Source: Naegleria gruberi (taxonomy: Eukaryota). Taken from it: DNA of 64,000 nucleotides. Of the stretch, positions 22,918-34,456 are shown in pieces. Position 1 is the first letter of the stretch; each line of letters starts with the position of its first letter. The translations under genes and the position numbers were made by a program. The notes under the pieces were generated by a model. That model was given only the letters and a program-made list of their open reading frames with translations, was not told where the DNA came from and made no database searches. Location: NCBI GenBank assembly GCA_000004985.1, contig GG738911.1; one strand, 5' to 3'.

Positions 22918-25900
22918 TTATTGGTATTCTTCTTCTTCGACTTCAATATATTCAACCTCTTCACCTTCAGCAAGTGTGATTGGTTCTCCATTTTCGTCAA
23001 CATACTCATACTCGACTTGTTCTTCCACTTCTTCCTGTTGTTGTTGTTGCTGTTGTGGAGTGTTAGCCGTTGTTGTCGGTTTTTGTGTTGGTGAAGATAC
23101 CTCTGGTTTAATGTCGCTCTTCTTAATACTTGCTCTCGAGTTTCTGACATTTCTGGAATTTGGTGTTGAAGATCCTGATGAACCTGTATCGGAACTTTCA
23201 GTGGTGTTTGGACTAGTAGAAGCAATTGGAGCCAGTGGTTTCTTTGGATTGAACTCGACAGACATGTAATCTTGATCCAAGAAGAAGGTCTTGATAAAAT
23301 CAATGTTAGAAGTAGATTGGGCCTTGTGTCTTTGAATAATTTCATTAATGTGGCTTCTTCTGGTTGGGAATGGCTTTCTGTATTGCTTTTGCTTATATCT
23401 CACAGCCTTGTTAGCATTAATGGCAGTCATTCTCACCAGTGGTCCCAAGTTCTTCTTATCCACAATCATTCCATCAAGGAGAGGTCCGAAAAGTGGAACT
23501 TCTGGCTTTGTATAAATTCTTACCCTAAATAAATATGTTTCCTTATGTCTTTGATATGGATAAACACAGATGTGAACAAAGTTAAATTGAGAAGGAATTG
23601 TCCATGGTTTGTAATCTCTGTCGTGCTCGCTCCAAACAATGTGGACAAAATCGTTACCGACGTGACGTTTCTTTTGGATTTGTTGCGAGTCATTGACCTT
23701 AGTTGGCATTCTTGTAACATCGTGGAAAATCACCTCAGTTGTTGCGTTTGAGTAATATGGAGCAGTATTACCAGTAGTCAAATTTTCATCTAAACCTCCC
23801 ATAAAACCACCATGAGTTCTCATATCAGCATCCCAACCAAGAGATTGAACAAATTCCTTGTAGATTCTAGAGCCTGATGTTTCATCATTTTTCAAAATAT
23901 CCTTTTGGGCTTCTTGTTGATTGGCAACATAGATGAGACCAACCTTGATGGTTTCTCTTTCAGTTAACTTGTCGAGTTGTTTAAGAGATCTGTAGAATCT
24001 ACCGTTGGCATTTACCAAACTGAAAGAAGCTCTACTGGTACCAGAGAGGAAACCAATATTATTGAGGAGGGATCTAAATGCCTTATGTACAGATTTGGTT
24101 AAATTATCATTTTCATAATCTGGCTTCTTTGGAGCATGAGCTTCGTTGAAACCAAGTGCTGGTGTATCCTNNNNNNNNNNNNNNNNNNNNNNNNNNNNNN
24201 NNNNNNNNNNNNNNNNNNNNNNNNNNNNNNNNNNNNNNNNNNNNNNNNNNNNNNNNNNNNNNNNNNNNNNNNNNNNNNNNNNNNNNNNNNNNNNNNNNNN
24301 NNNNNNNNNNNNNNNNNNNNNNNNNNNNNNNNNNNNNNNNNNNNNNNNNNNNNNNNNNNNNNNNNNNNNNNNNNNNNNNNNNNNNCGGCACATTCTGGGA
24401 AAACTTGAGTAACATAGTGTTGCAAAACTTCAAGCATATCAGTCTTATCAGTATCAATTTCAATATCATAGTGAGGATAATCGAGTTCTTCAGCACCTTC
24501 ATCTCCAGCCATTTGGCTTTCTTGTTCTTCAACCTTGATGGCTTCTTCTTCTTCATGATTTTCTTCGTCATCATCAGAATCTTCCTTAGTTTCTTGTTGG
24601 GCAGTTACTGGAACCTTGATATCTGGTGTTTCGAATGATTCCTTATCTACCTTCAAACCACCTGTTTGGTCGATATCAGCTGGCAGATCAACTGCTGCCA
24701 AATCTTGTCTGACAATTGGTTCAGCACGAGGATCATCAGCATCAAACAATTCTTCGTCACCACGATTAACAATGCTTGATACATAGAATGAGGCTCTATC
24801 TTCTTCTGGAGAACCAGGGCTATCAAAACCAGCTTTGGAAGCTCTTGGAGCATTTGAATTCTTGGCACCAGACTTGGATTCATCATCTACCAATTCATCG
24901 AATTCCAAATGGTCAATTCTAACCATGTTATCCTTCTTGAAGGTCATTGTTTCTGGAGAGTAAACTTGCTTGAATTCCCAACAATATTTACCAGTCATGT
25001 CACGTAAAATTACAACACAAGATTCAGTCTTGTTTGGATTTTCCATAATTGTCAACAAGGTATAATTGTTGAAAACAAAGTGGTGAACCTTTGGAGAAGT
25101 TACATACAAGCCATTTTCTTCTTGCAAGACATCAAATTCGGAAATTTCAGTACTCATTCTAGCAGCACCAATAGGAGTTGGGAATTGACTGAAAACGTTC
25201 AAAGCATAACACAACAAGCTTTCGGCAGCAGTAGCAATTTCCAAAGCACTGTCTTCCTTGCTGAGTGTATAATTTTCGAAAGAATACATCTTGGCTCCTC
25301 TATCAGCTGAGTCTTCAGTGGCAGCTTCAGTTACAGTATCCTTTTGTGGAGTCAACAATACACTCAATGAAACAACAGATAAACCTCTATTGATAGCACT
25401 GAAAAGCATTGAGGCAACTTCCTTGCTTTCCAAAACCTTCATTGGAATGTATTGCAAAATTTCAACAATGGAATAGAACAAGTGTTTGAAAATGCTCCAT
25501 TGTGCCAAGGCAGAATCAGAATCCTTCAACTGAGAGGACAAGGCAGTACAGATGGTCAACAAGAATGTACGAATGGTTGGAACACCTAACTTGGTGAATA
25601 AACCTAAATGAGCCAATGTAACTACAGCATCGTGAGCAGCACAGGCAACATCAGCATTCTTGTCAACAAAGAACTTGATGAACATTTCAACAATTTGTCT
25701 GGATGGATTAGATCTTCCGTTAACTCCTTCAAGTTGGAGCTCATTGTGGAGAATAGCATAGAGACCCCAAATACACTTGATTTGAACATCAACAAATCTG
25801 TCATCTTGAACACAAGATTGAAGTGTTTGAACAATACGACCTCTGAGTTTGGTGAAGGTGGTTACAGTTTCTGGGTTCAAATTTTCCAACTTGGCTTGTT

Positions 25901-28216
25901 TGAGTTTCAAAACTGTTTCAACGTGAGGAAGAGGACGATCTCCATAGAAGTAGCAAATAGGAATGAGGGAGGTAAGACCTTGTACAGCAGCAATACGCAA
26001 TTCTTGAGTTTCTGGTCCAATTGTAGCACTTGATTCCTTAAGAACCTTTTGACATGCTTGAACAAAGTATGGAACAAGAATATTCAAACCCATGTGACCC
26101 ATACTGAAAATGTTCCAGCCGTGTTTGATGATTGCTTCGATAGTACGATCAGTGGCTGTATATTCTGGAACCAATCCCTTGAAAAGAGCTCTATAACAAT
26201 TGGCAAGGTATTGAACATTCAAAGGTTGACTGAATTGTGTGACCAAGATTTGACACATCATGGTATAAGCAATAACACGTCCAGATTCGAATTGATCATC
26301 AGTTCTATCACAAGCTTCAATAATCCATTCCAAAAGGATGGCAAATAACTTGTTACCTTCTGGTGAGTGAAGGAATGTAACACTGTTGGTAGAACCTCTG
26401 ACAGCCTTGACTTCAGTAATTTCAATATCCAAGAAAAGATCCAAAACTTCCTTCAAAACAACCATTTTCTTTGCATGCAAGGCTCCGTTAGTGAGTTGTG
26501 TATTCTCATTACCGAACATGTTCAAAAACTTGTGGAAAAGATGCAAAACAGTATCAATAGAAATACTCTTTGACATGTAAGTATCCATTCCTTGGAAAAT
26601 GTGTTGTTTCTTTTCAGTTTTGGCCTTCTTCTTTACAACTGTTACAGTATACATATCAGTTGTATATTCAATAAAACCAACTCTCATTCTATCTGTTGGC
26701 ATTTCAAAGATTTGTTCACAAACAATACGAGCAAGATTGAGAACAGTAGCACGCCATAAACCAAAAGCAGATGGCATGTGAGCATAACTTTGCATTAATT
26801 CGTATAATTCTTCCCACAATTTAGGATATTGATCTGTTGGGTGAGACTTGATCCATATTATGTACAAATTTCTAAAGCAGGTCTTTTCTAAAATATCGCT
26901 ATACATGACGTCGTAGTTATCACCTCCTTTAGTCTTTCTATCAACCACAGTAGAACAGATACGTTTGTGAGCAGAAAGTAAATCACTCCATGTTTCAAAG
27001 TCAATCTTGTCAGAAATTTGTGTAAAGAACATGAACATTTCCAAAACTTCATAACTCATAGTGATATGCAAATCAATATATTGTTCATCTCCTTTCATGT
27101 AGAAAATTTGACTCAAATTATCAATGAAAATACGGAAGTAGAGATTTCTGTTTCTTTCCATAATTTCAGGCCAGTTGTATAAAAAGTAATCTCTACAAAT
27201 CCATGAACGATAAGTCTTCATCATCTTGGCTAACTGTTCGTAGTGTTGTGGTGGGAGGAGGAAACTTTGTCTGAAAATCATCAAGAAGAGATAAATATCT
27301 TTATCACTTTGATAAAGAATAGTAGAATTCTTTGGACTTTCCAAGCCAGACATGATAACATCAAGAATTAACAAGTGAATTCTTGTTGGAGCTTTTTCTG
27401 TGAAACCCATATCGTCCATTTTGTTTAAAAGATCTAAACTCTTACATTCATTAGGATAAAAGATTGGTGCAAGACGAAGTTTAAAGAATTTCCACCAATA
27501 ATCAAAGTGATCAGATTCCTTCATAAATGTGAAAAAGAATGTGAAAAGTTGATAATCTTCTTCAACTGTCAAATCATTTGTAGATGTGGCAACTGCCAAC
27601 TTTTCATCAGTATTCAAGGCACGTTGACCAAATGATGGGAGCTTGATATCACGTGAATCCTCTGTCAATGGTTTAAATTTAAGAGCATTCATAATCATAT
27701 CAAGAACTTGATTATCAACATTGTCTTGCATAATATCTACAAATCTTACAATCAATTCGAACCCCTTGAAACGAATTTGGAAGATGTTTTGCTCATCCAA
27801 TAACAGTTCAAGAGTGTGAATGATGGAACGTTGTTGCCACTTTTTTTGAATGATGTTCGAAGAGTGTGCAAACAAGTTGAGTAAAATATCAGTAAGTCCT
27901 AAAACATCACTTGTTGGAATAGTTTTAGCTATTAGAAATAGGTTATTATTAGTAAAACATGAAAAAACATTAATAACAACTCACATTTCTTCTTTGCTTC
28001 TGAATTCATAGAATTCAGAGTATCCAAAAAGATGTTATAAACAATAGAATAATTCTTTTGATAGAACGCCCGTAACTCTGTATCTGCACCATCCTTGTTA
28101 AATGATGCAAGACATTTGTATCTTTTCAAAGGTTGTTCAGTATCGTCGAGAATTTTCTTCTCATCCTTTGGATTTAAAGTTCCATTGGAACCTATTCTAA
28201 ATAAAGACATTGACAT
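22918..28216 (-). CDS. TSC2: Tuberin (TSC2)-like Rap-GAP protein, about 1750 aa. First exon 28216 to about 27985, 56-nt intron at about 27929-27984, then a long exon interrupted by the scaffold gap 24171-24385. C-terminal Rap-GAP domain at 22918-24100.
   Basis: C-terminal region ...VIFHDVTRMPTKVNDSQQIQKKRHVGNDFVHIVWSEHDRDYKPWTIPSQFNFVHICVYP is co-linear with the human tuberin GAP domain (...[58 protein letters not shown]). Intron GTGAGT...TTCTAATAG joins ...NSEAKKK to SKTIPTSDVLGLTDILLNLFAHSSNIIQKKW. Confidence 0.6.
24171..24385. other. Scaffold gap (215 N) inside the TSC2-like gene.
   Basis: N run. Confidence 0.99.
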
Positions 28217-29065
28217 TAAATAATAAATTAAATATGATGATCGAAAAACTTCTTTTTAAACAATATTGTACCAATTCCAACTACTATCATCACACATAAT
28301 AATAAATATAATTATTATATCATTATTATATTATATCATCATCATTCCACTCTTCATTACTTACTATTATACAAGCAATCAGAAAGTTGTTTATACGGAT
28401 ATATAAACTAGCACAGAGAGAGAAAAACGGAAGGCCTGTTGTTATCGTTGATGTTATTGTTGTTGTTATTGGGTGCTCTTCACAAGTAAAATCTGCAGCA
28501 GACGTCGACTTGGTGTAGACTTGACGAGTGTGTGAGTCTCCAAAATGCGATGAGAAATTTTTTAAAGTGAAAAAGAAGAAGGCTTTGATGGCTCGTCATG
28601 CAAAGAGTACAAAGTCTTCTGTGTGGTGAAAAAAGCTGATTCGCTTGCTTTTGATGATCGGAGAAAGATGATGGATGATTGGTTTAGCTTGTGTGTTTGA
28701 CGACTTTGTAAACCTGTAGGAAGACGATTAGAAATGTTTTTGTTGTTCATGAATAAGAAGAATACTGTATTATTGTTATTTACTGTAAAGAGCGTCGATT
28801 AGTACATCTTGTGTTGGAGAAGAAGCTTGAAAGAATTCATCCACATTGATCTTTAATGAAGTGAAACCAAATTGAGAAGACTCTTGGGAAGGAACAATGT
28901 GAAAAAAATGTTCTCCAAGCATTCGTCACTATTAGCCGTTTGAATCGTCATCAAATTGCTATGAATATTTCTGTTAGAGAGAACAATAAGTAACATCAGC
29001 TAACCAAATGCTATTTTAATACGTAGGATGAACGTTTGAATTCATTACCATCAAAAAAGAAAAAA

Positions 29066-30554
29066 ATGTCAACAACAGAAAGAAAGATTGTCGATTTGGG
29101 TATGTAAGGAAGAAGTAACATGATCACTGATATTAAAAACATTTGTGCGGAAATGATGAATATGCTATTCAATGCAAATTTGATTTATAAAATGTATAGT
29201 AATTATTGGAGTTGGTCAAAGAGGGCAAAACTATTCAAGATATGCAAGGGAATTTCCAGATCATTGCCGAGTTGTGGCCATTGCTGAGCCTAGAAAAGCT
29301 GTAAGAGCCAAAATGATCAAGTTGTACAATTTATCGGAGGATGTTTGTTTTACTGATTGGCAAACATTGTATCACACTTTGAAAAAGAATAATAATAAGG
29401 CTACATTCTTGGATGAGAGCCATGAACGTGCTGTAGTGATTGCTACACAGGATCAGTATCACGTTGAGCCAGCAATTGCCTTTGCTCACTTAAAGTTTAA
29501 CATTTTACTTGAAAAACCAATGGCTGTAAATGAGGAAGATTGTAAAAGAATTACCAAAGCTGTGGAGGAGAATAATGTCAAACTTGCTGTTTGCCATGTA
29601 CTGAGATATTCCATCTATACTCAAAAATTGAAGGAACTTCTCAAGAGTGGACTCATTGGAAATATTATCAATATTCAACATTTGGAACCTGTTGGTTACT
29701 TCCACTATGCACATTCATATGTGAGAGGAAAGTGGGCAAATGAAAACACTTCCTCACCAATGCTTCTTGCCAAATCTTGTCACGACATTGATTGGATTAG
29801 TTATGTCATGCAACCAGCAAAGGTTGTGAATGTATCATCATTTGGATCATTGATTCATTGCAGAAAAGAGAATAAGCCAGAGGGAGCAGCCAGTAGATGT
29901 TTGGATTGCCCATCTTCTATTGAGGAAAATTGCTGTTACTCAGCCAAGAAAATTTACTTGGATCAAGTCAAGATGGGAGAAACTGGATGGCCTGTTTCAG
30001 TTATAGTAGAAAGTGGTGAAGAGCCAACTGTTGAAAATGTTATTAATTCTTTAAAGACTAATAATTACGGTAGATGTGTCTATGATTCAGATAATAATGT
30101 TGTTGATAATCAAGTTGTTTCTCTTCAATTCGATAATGGTGCCACTTGCACCTTTACAATGATTGCCTACTCGAAGGAAATTTGCGAAAGAAAGAGTAGA
30201 ATTTATGGAACTAAGGGAGAAATTGAAGTTATTGGAAATGAAATCAAACACTTTGATTTTTTAACAGGATCCTACAAGACTATCGATTTGAATCAAGAAC
30301 TTCCAAATACTTCATTGAGAGGACATGGTTTTGCTGACTTTTACTTGATGAATCACTTTATTGACGCTGTTGGATTGAATGATTCTGCCAAACTTGTTTC
30401 CAATGCAAGAGAAACTCTCAATTCTCACCTTTTAGTTTTTGAAGCAGAAAAAGCCAGACATTCCAACACTGTTTTGAAATTCAATCACAATGTTGACTTG
30501 ACCAATGTAGTTGCTACTCCAATCCAAGATAACACCAAGTGTGAATTAATATAA
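29066..30554 (+). CDS. Gfo/Idh/MocA-family NAD(P)-dependent oxidoreductase. Tiny first exon 29066-29099 (MSTTERKIVDL), intron of about 99 nt (about 29100-29198), main exon to 30554.
   Basis: Spliced N-terminus ...KIVDLVIIGVGQRGQNYSRYAREFPDHCRVVAIAEPRKA gives the Rossmann GxGxxG start typical of the family. Downstream motif EKPMAVNEEDCKRITKAVEENNVKLAVCHVLRY. Confidence 0.65.
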
Positions 30555-31305
30555 CAGTTATATGATACTCAATTTCATTATGAAAATCCACTCGAAATAA
30601 TTTTCAAAAAGTAAAAAATTCAAAAAAATGCAACCATAATTTTTAAACAAGGAAATTGCAACATTCTTCATCACGATTAAAAAGCCTCCCAATTCCTAGA
30701 ATTCTTAACGACAATCTATTAGAGTCACCAGAAGATATAATGGGCGTCTATGTGGTACTGTCTGATTGTCCATAGGGAACTTACACTATACATTGCCAGA
30801 CACGATTCTGCTGCTTGGCGATTACCACGTAAGGAACACTCTTTTACTTTTAAATTCAAAATGAATATTTAATAAAAAGAAAATGATGAAATGTTTGATT
30901 TGAATAATTGATTTTGTTGTTGAATTAATCATATGAAAACAGATAAATTTTCTAATAAGAAGGAATTAAATCAATTGGCTCTTTAATATCTTTATTCGTA
31001 ATTGGCATTTGAAAGGTTCAAAACAGTAATACAAATATATTGACAGGTAGATTTTATATAAATGATTGTTTATTGGAAAAAAGGAACTATTTTGACCAAT
31101 TTTGGACGATGTAAACTTATTTCAGAAGACATTTATTCGAAATGCCAGCAACCTTAGGTTTTGTTGTATGCACAGTTGGATTTCTAACCAATAGAGAACA
31201 TGTGTGGTGTGCATCATTAGTAATCAACATTCGAAAAATTGCCTCAACACTCAACATACAACAGATCTTTAAATTCTATTCTAAACAATTCATCCTCTCA
31301 TCAGA

Positions 31306-33072
31306 ATGTCTGCCACCAATTTCGATCCGAGAAACTACCTCATCTACTATGAACAAGCCATACAATCGAAGGATTTCATGAATGTTTTCTCAGAATATCT
31401 AAAAGAAAGGTTTGGAGATGAAATTATCAGATTCATGAGACGAGTTGAATCCTATTCGAAAGATTATCACGATTCAGATATGCATACGTTCAATCAAATC
31501 ACTTCTCCAACCTCACCAACCCTCTCTGTAAATACATCAACCATCTCCACAACCAATGTAAATACTAAACAACAACAACGAAACGAAAGACAGCTCAGAA
31601 GATCGCTTAAGCATCTTGTCCTCAAAGCAAAGGAAATTATTGACGAATTTGTAGAATTGGAATCGAATAGTGAGTTAAATCTTGGTGCAACAGTACAGAG
31701 TAAAACATTAGAAAAATGGGATTCAATACTCACTTTGTTCAATAATTATCTGAAAGATTCTGGAAGAGCTAGCGAAATGATCAGACACAGTGGAGAATCA
31801 GATACATTATCCTCAGGTTCTGGAAAGGATCTCAATAACATTCAATCTCCAGACACTTTGACAATCAGTTCTGGATCTCTGTCATCCAGCTCAACATGCA
31901 GCAGCGGCTCTGCAAGTAATAGTGGATCAGGTGGCAGTGGAAACTTTGATTCGACACCACACGACAAATCGGCGCAGGGAATGTCAATACTGACCACTAT
32001 AAGCTATCAATTGGATCCAGAAGATTTATTCGGACAAGCCATGCTCATGGCATCTGTCGATTTAAAGATGAGCCATTTTCAGAGTTTTTCAAAGAGTGAA
32101 TTCTTGATGAAATTTCTAAAGGAAAAGGGTGAGAAATACACCAGAACTATGGGTGTTGATATCTCAAAAGGTTACAATGTTGATTTGAGATTTAAACCTC
32201 AAGATTTGAGAGTGCCCACCATAACGGACGATTACATTTATTTTGGACTGGGATTATGTGAAGAGACTCCTGATTGGGAGTTAGTTACCAAAGATTCCAA
32301 GTTGAATTATTCAGTTTATACCTCCAAGACTTCATATCTATTCGATAACAGCTCGAAAGGTATGAAACTTTCCAAGATTGTCATCGATTTGGAGTATCCA
32401 ATTGAGGATTTGTGGGCTATTTTCTGTCATACTGAAAACCAAATGGAATTCGACTCAATGTGTTATAAGGAACACGAATGTCATGGATACGTTCCTCCAA
32501 ATAGTGATCCTAAGAATCCATGTCCCTATGGTTTACAAAAGATTTCTTGTAATTTTGATATAAAATTACCAATGGCCAAGAAGAGACACATGAAAATGGT
32601 TGGAACAACCATTCATGATAGTGGAACAGATATGATCATGATTGTTAAGCATGCATGTGATTATGAATCGAGTCAATCTTCAGCAGATGAATTTTCCAAA
32701 AACTCATTACCAGTCGACACCTTACTAAGCTACTACATTATGTTCAGATGTGGCGAGTTCAAGAATAGCACTCGTCTCTATCACATCATGTATACTGACC
32801 TCCAACTTCCTCTCCAAGAATTCACATCAGGAAAATTAATGACAAAGAGAGCCAAGATGCTCTCTCAAGGAATGAATAAGATTCTGGAAAATCTGACCTA
32901 CAGGGGAAAGATATCTGTCGATACATCATGCATTATCGATCAGTTTGGATATTCGTCAGCTGCCAGAGATAACATGTCCGTTCATCAGGGTCGTTCCTGG
33001 TACAATGAATGGTTTGAGAAGAAAAAGGGAGTTTTACCTGAAAGTCCAGAATCATCAACAAATACTTTTTAA
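31306..33072 (+). CDS. RGS-domain protein. The RGS fold is split by a Ser-rich low-complexity insert. C-terminal roughly 250 aa may be a START/Bet v1-like lipid-binding domain.
   Basis: N-terminal RGS half YYEQAIQSKDFMNVFSEYLKERFGDEIIRFMRRVESY and distal half DLFGQAMLMASVDLKMSHFQSFSKSEFLMKFLKEK. Single 588-aa ORF. Confidence 0.5.
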   Translation: MSATNFDPRNYLIYYEQAIQSKDFMNVFSEYLKERFGDEIIRFMRRVESYSKDYHDSDMHTFNQITSPTSPTLSVNTSTISTTNVNTKQQQRNERQLRRSLKHLVLKAKEIIDEFVELESNSELNLGATVQSKTLEKWDSILTLFNNYLKDSGRASEMIRHSGESDTLSSGSGKDLNNIQSPDTLTISSGSLSSSSTCSSGSASNSGSGGSGNFDSTPHDKSAQGMSILTTISYQLDPEDLFGQAMLMASVDLKMSHFQSFSKSEFLMKFLKEKGEKYTRTMGVDISKGYNVDLRFKPQDLRVPTITDDYIYFGLGLCEETPDWELVTKDSKLNYSVYTSKTSYLFDNSSKGMKLSKIVIDLEYPIEDLWAIFCHTENQMEFDSMCYKEHECHGYVPPNSDPKNPCPYGLQKISCNFDIKLPMAKKRHMKMVGTTIHDSGTDMIMIVKHACDYESSQSSADEFSKNSLPVDTLLSYYIMFRCGEFKNSTRLYHIMYTDLQLPLQEFTSGKLMTKRAKMLSQGMNKILENLTYRGKISVDTSCIIDQFGYSSAARDNMSVHQGRSWYNEWFEKKKGVLPESPESSTNTF

Positions 33073-33108
33073 AAACCAAACTCTTAATTTCTCAAATTTC
33101 AACTTTCC

Positions 33109-33168
33109 TTAATATTAAATATTATTATTAAATATTATTATTAAATATTAAATATTAAATATTATAAA
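33109..33168. repeat. Microsatellite (ATTAAATATT)n in the intergenic spacer.
   Basis: Direct reading of tandem 10-mers. Confidence 0.8.
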
Positions 33169-33173
33169 AAAAA

Positions 33174-34226
33174 ATGATGTACTTTGGAAAGAGAAAATTA
33201 CACTCCTATCTAACAACGAAGACAATAACAGGCACACGATCCGAGGCTTTTCAGATTGAAACTCTCAATCAATTGTCCAATCATTCGCAAGGCTTTCATT
33301 TCCTTGATCGATTTCCTACAGAGAGGAGATGTATCTATCCTCATCAATTTAATGATCAATCCTCGGAATGGCATTGTATGGAGAGTGTTGATGCATTGGA
33401 GAAGATAAACTCTAAATTAATTCCCAAATATTTAAATATTGTAACGTTTAATGTTTGGTTTGCTCCCTTGATGATGAAGGAAAGAATGGAGGGAATAATG
33501 CAAATGCTAATGGCGAGAGAGGAATTACCTGATGTGATGTGCTTTCAGGAGGTAACTGATGAGGCATTGGAATTCATTGCTTCTCATGAATTGATAAGAA
33601 AGGAGTATTATTTGTCTGATTCTCCCAATGATTATTATACAACTGTGGATCCGTATGGAGTGTTGATGGCTGTGAGGAAGGGATTGCCTGTGAGGAGAAT
33701 GTTTTATAATACATTGCCTTCTAGAATGTATAGAGCTTGTTTGTCGGTTGAGTTGAATGATGGAAAGGAGAGTTTTTGTATATCAACAGTTCATTTGGAA
33801 AGTTTGGCCTCTACTGATATGAGATTCAAACAATTGGATGTTATTAGTGAATTTCAACAAGCATTTGATAATGCTGTACTGTGTGGTGATTTTAATTTTG
33901 ATTCTGAGAGGAATTATGATGAAGATTATCTTCCCTACCTTGAAAATGATTATTTGAATAATGAAAATTGGAAGAGCTACACTGATATCTGGAAGGAGTT
34001 GAAATATCCATCTAATGAGCTTGGAAAAACCTTCGATACCTCAGTTAATACAATGCTTAAAGGTCAAAAAGAAGAGTTGATGAGATATGACAGAGTTATG
34101 CTCAAATCCAAATCTTGGAAACCAACATTTGTTGAACTATTGGGGACTAGTCCAATTCAGACGAATCCAGATATTTTCCTATCAGACCACTTTGGAATTT
34201 GTACAAGAATCGAAAAAAGTGATTAG
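33174..34226 (+). CDS. TDP2: Tyrosyl-DNA phosphodiesterase 2 (TDP2)-like endonuclease/exonuclease/phosphatase-fold protein.
   Basis: EEP motifs in TDP2 order: VMCFQEV, TVHLES, LCGDFNFD, RYDRVM, LSDHFGI. The human TDP2 counterparts are LQEV, SHLES, GDTN, RFDRI, SDHWGL. Confidence 0.65.
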   Translation: MMYFGKRKLHSYLTTKTITGTRSEAFQIETLNQLSNHSQGFHFLDRFPTERRCIYPHQFNDQSSEWHCMESVDALEKINSKLIPKYLNIVTFNVWFAPLMMKERMEGIMQMLMAREELPDVMCFQEVTDEALEFIASHELIRKEYYLSDSPNDYYTTVDPYGVLMAVRKGLPVRRMFYNTLPSRMYRACLSVELNDGKESFCISTVHLESLASTDMRFKQLDVISEFQQAFDNAVLCGDFNFDSERNYDEDYLPYLENDYLNNENWKSYTDIWKELKYPSNELGKTFDTSVNTMLKGQKEELMRYDRVMLKSKSWKPTFVELLGTSPIQTNPDIFLSDHFGICTRIEKSD

Positions 34227-34456
34227 GAAATAAAAGTGAAATAAAACTGTGCCTTAGATTTGTTCGATTTTCATTTCATTGAGTTGCTAGTGAGATAAAA
34301 GATTTAGTGAGATCAGGATTTTATGAATGAATACCCACCCAAATATGTTGGCAACAAAATTACACTTTCAAACAACTGAAGGAATTACTTTCATCACTCG
34401 TATTTATTTACAATCAAAATGTACCTAGTTGTTATTGATGAAGAAATAGGTCAAAA

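Noticed and set aside
22881-24638. ORFs containing runs of X (22918..24393 segments, 24113..24574, 24136..24638, 43125..43436 and others)
   Set aside because: These are artefacts of translating the N gaps. Only the flanking real sequence was used.
21365-26781. Numerous 60-150-aa plus-strand ORFs inside the cyclase and TSC2 loci (for example 21365..21643, 25608..26033, 26049..26348)
   Set aside because: These are antisense shadows of long, motif-supported minus-strand coding regions.
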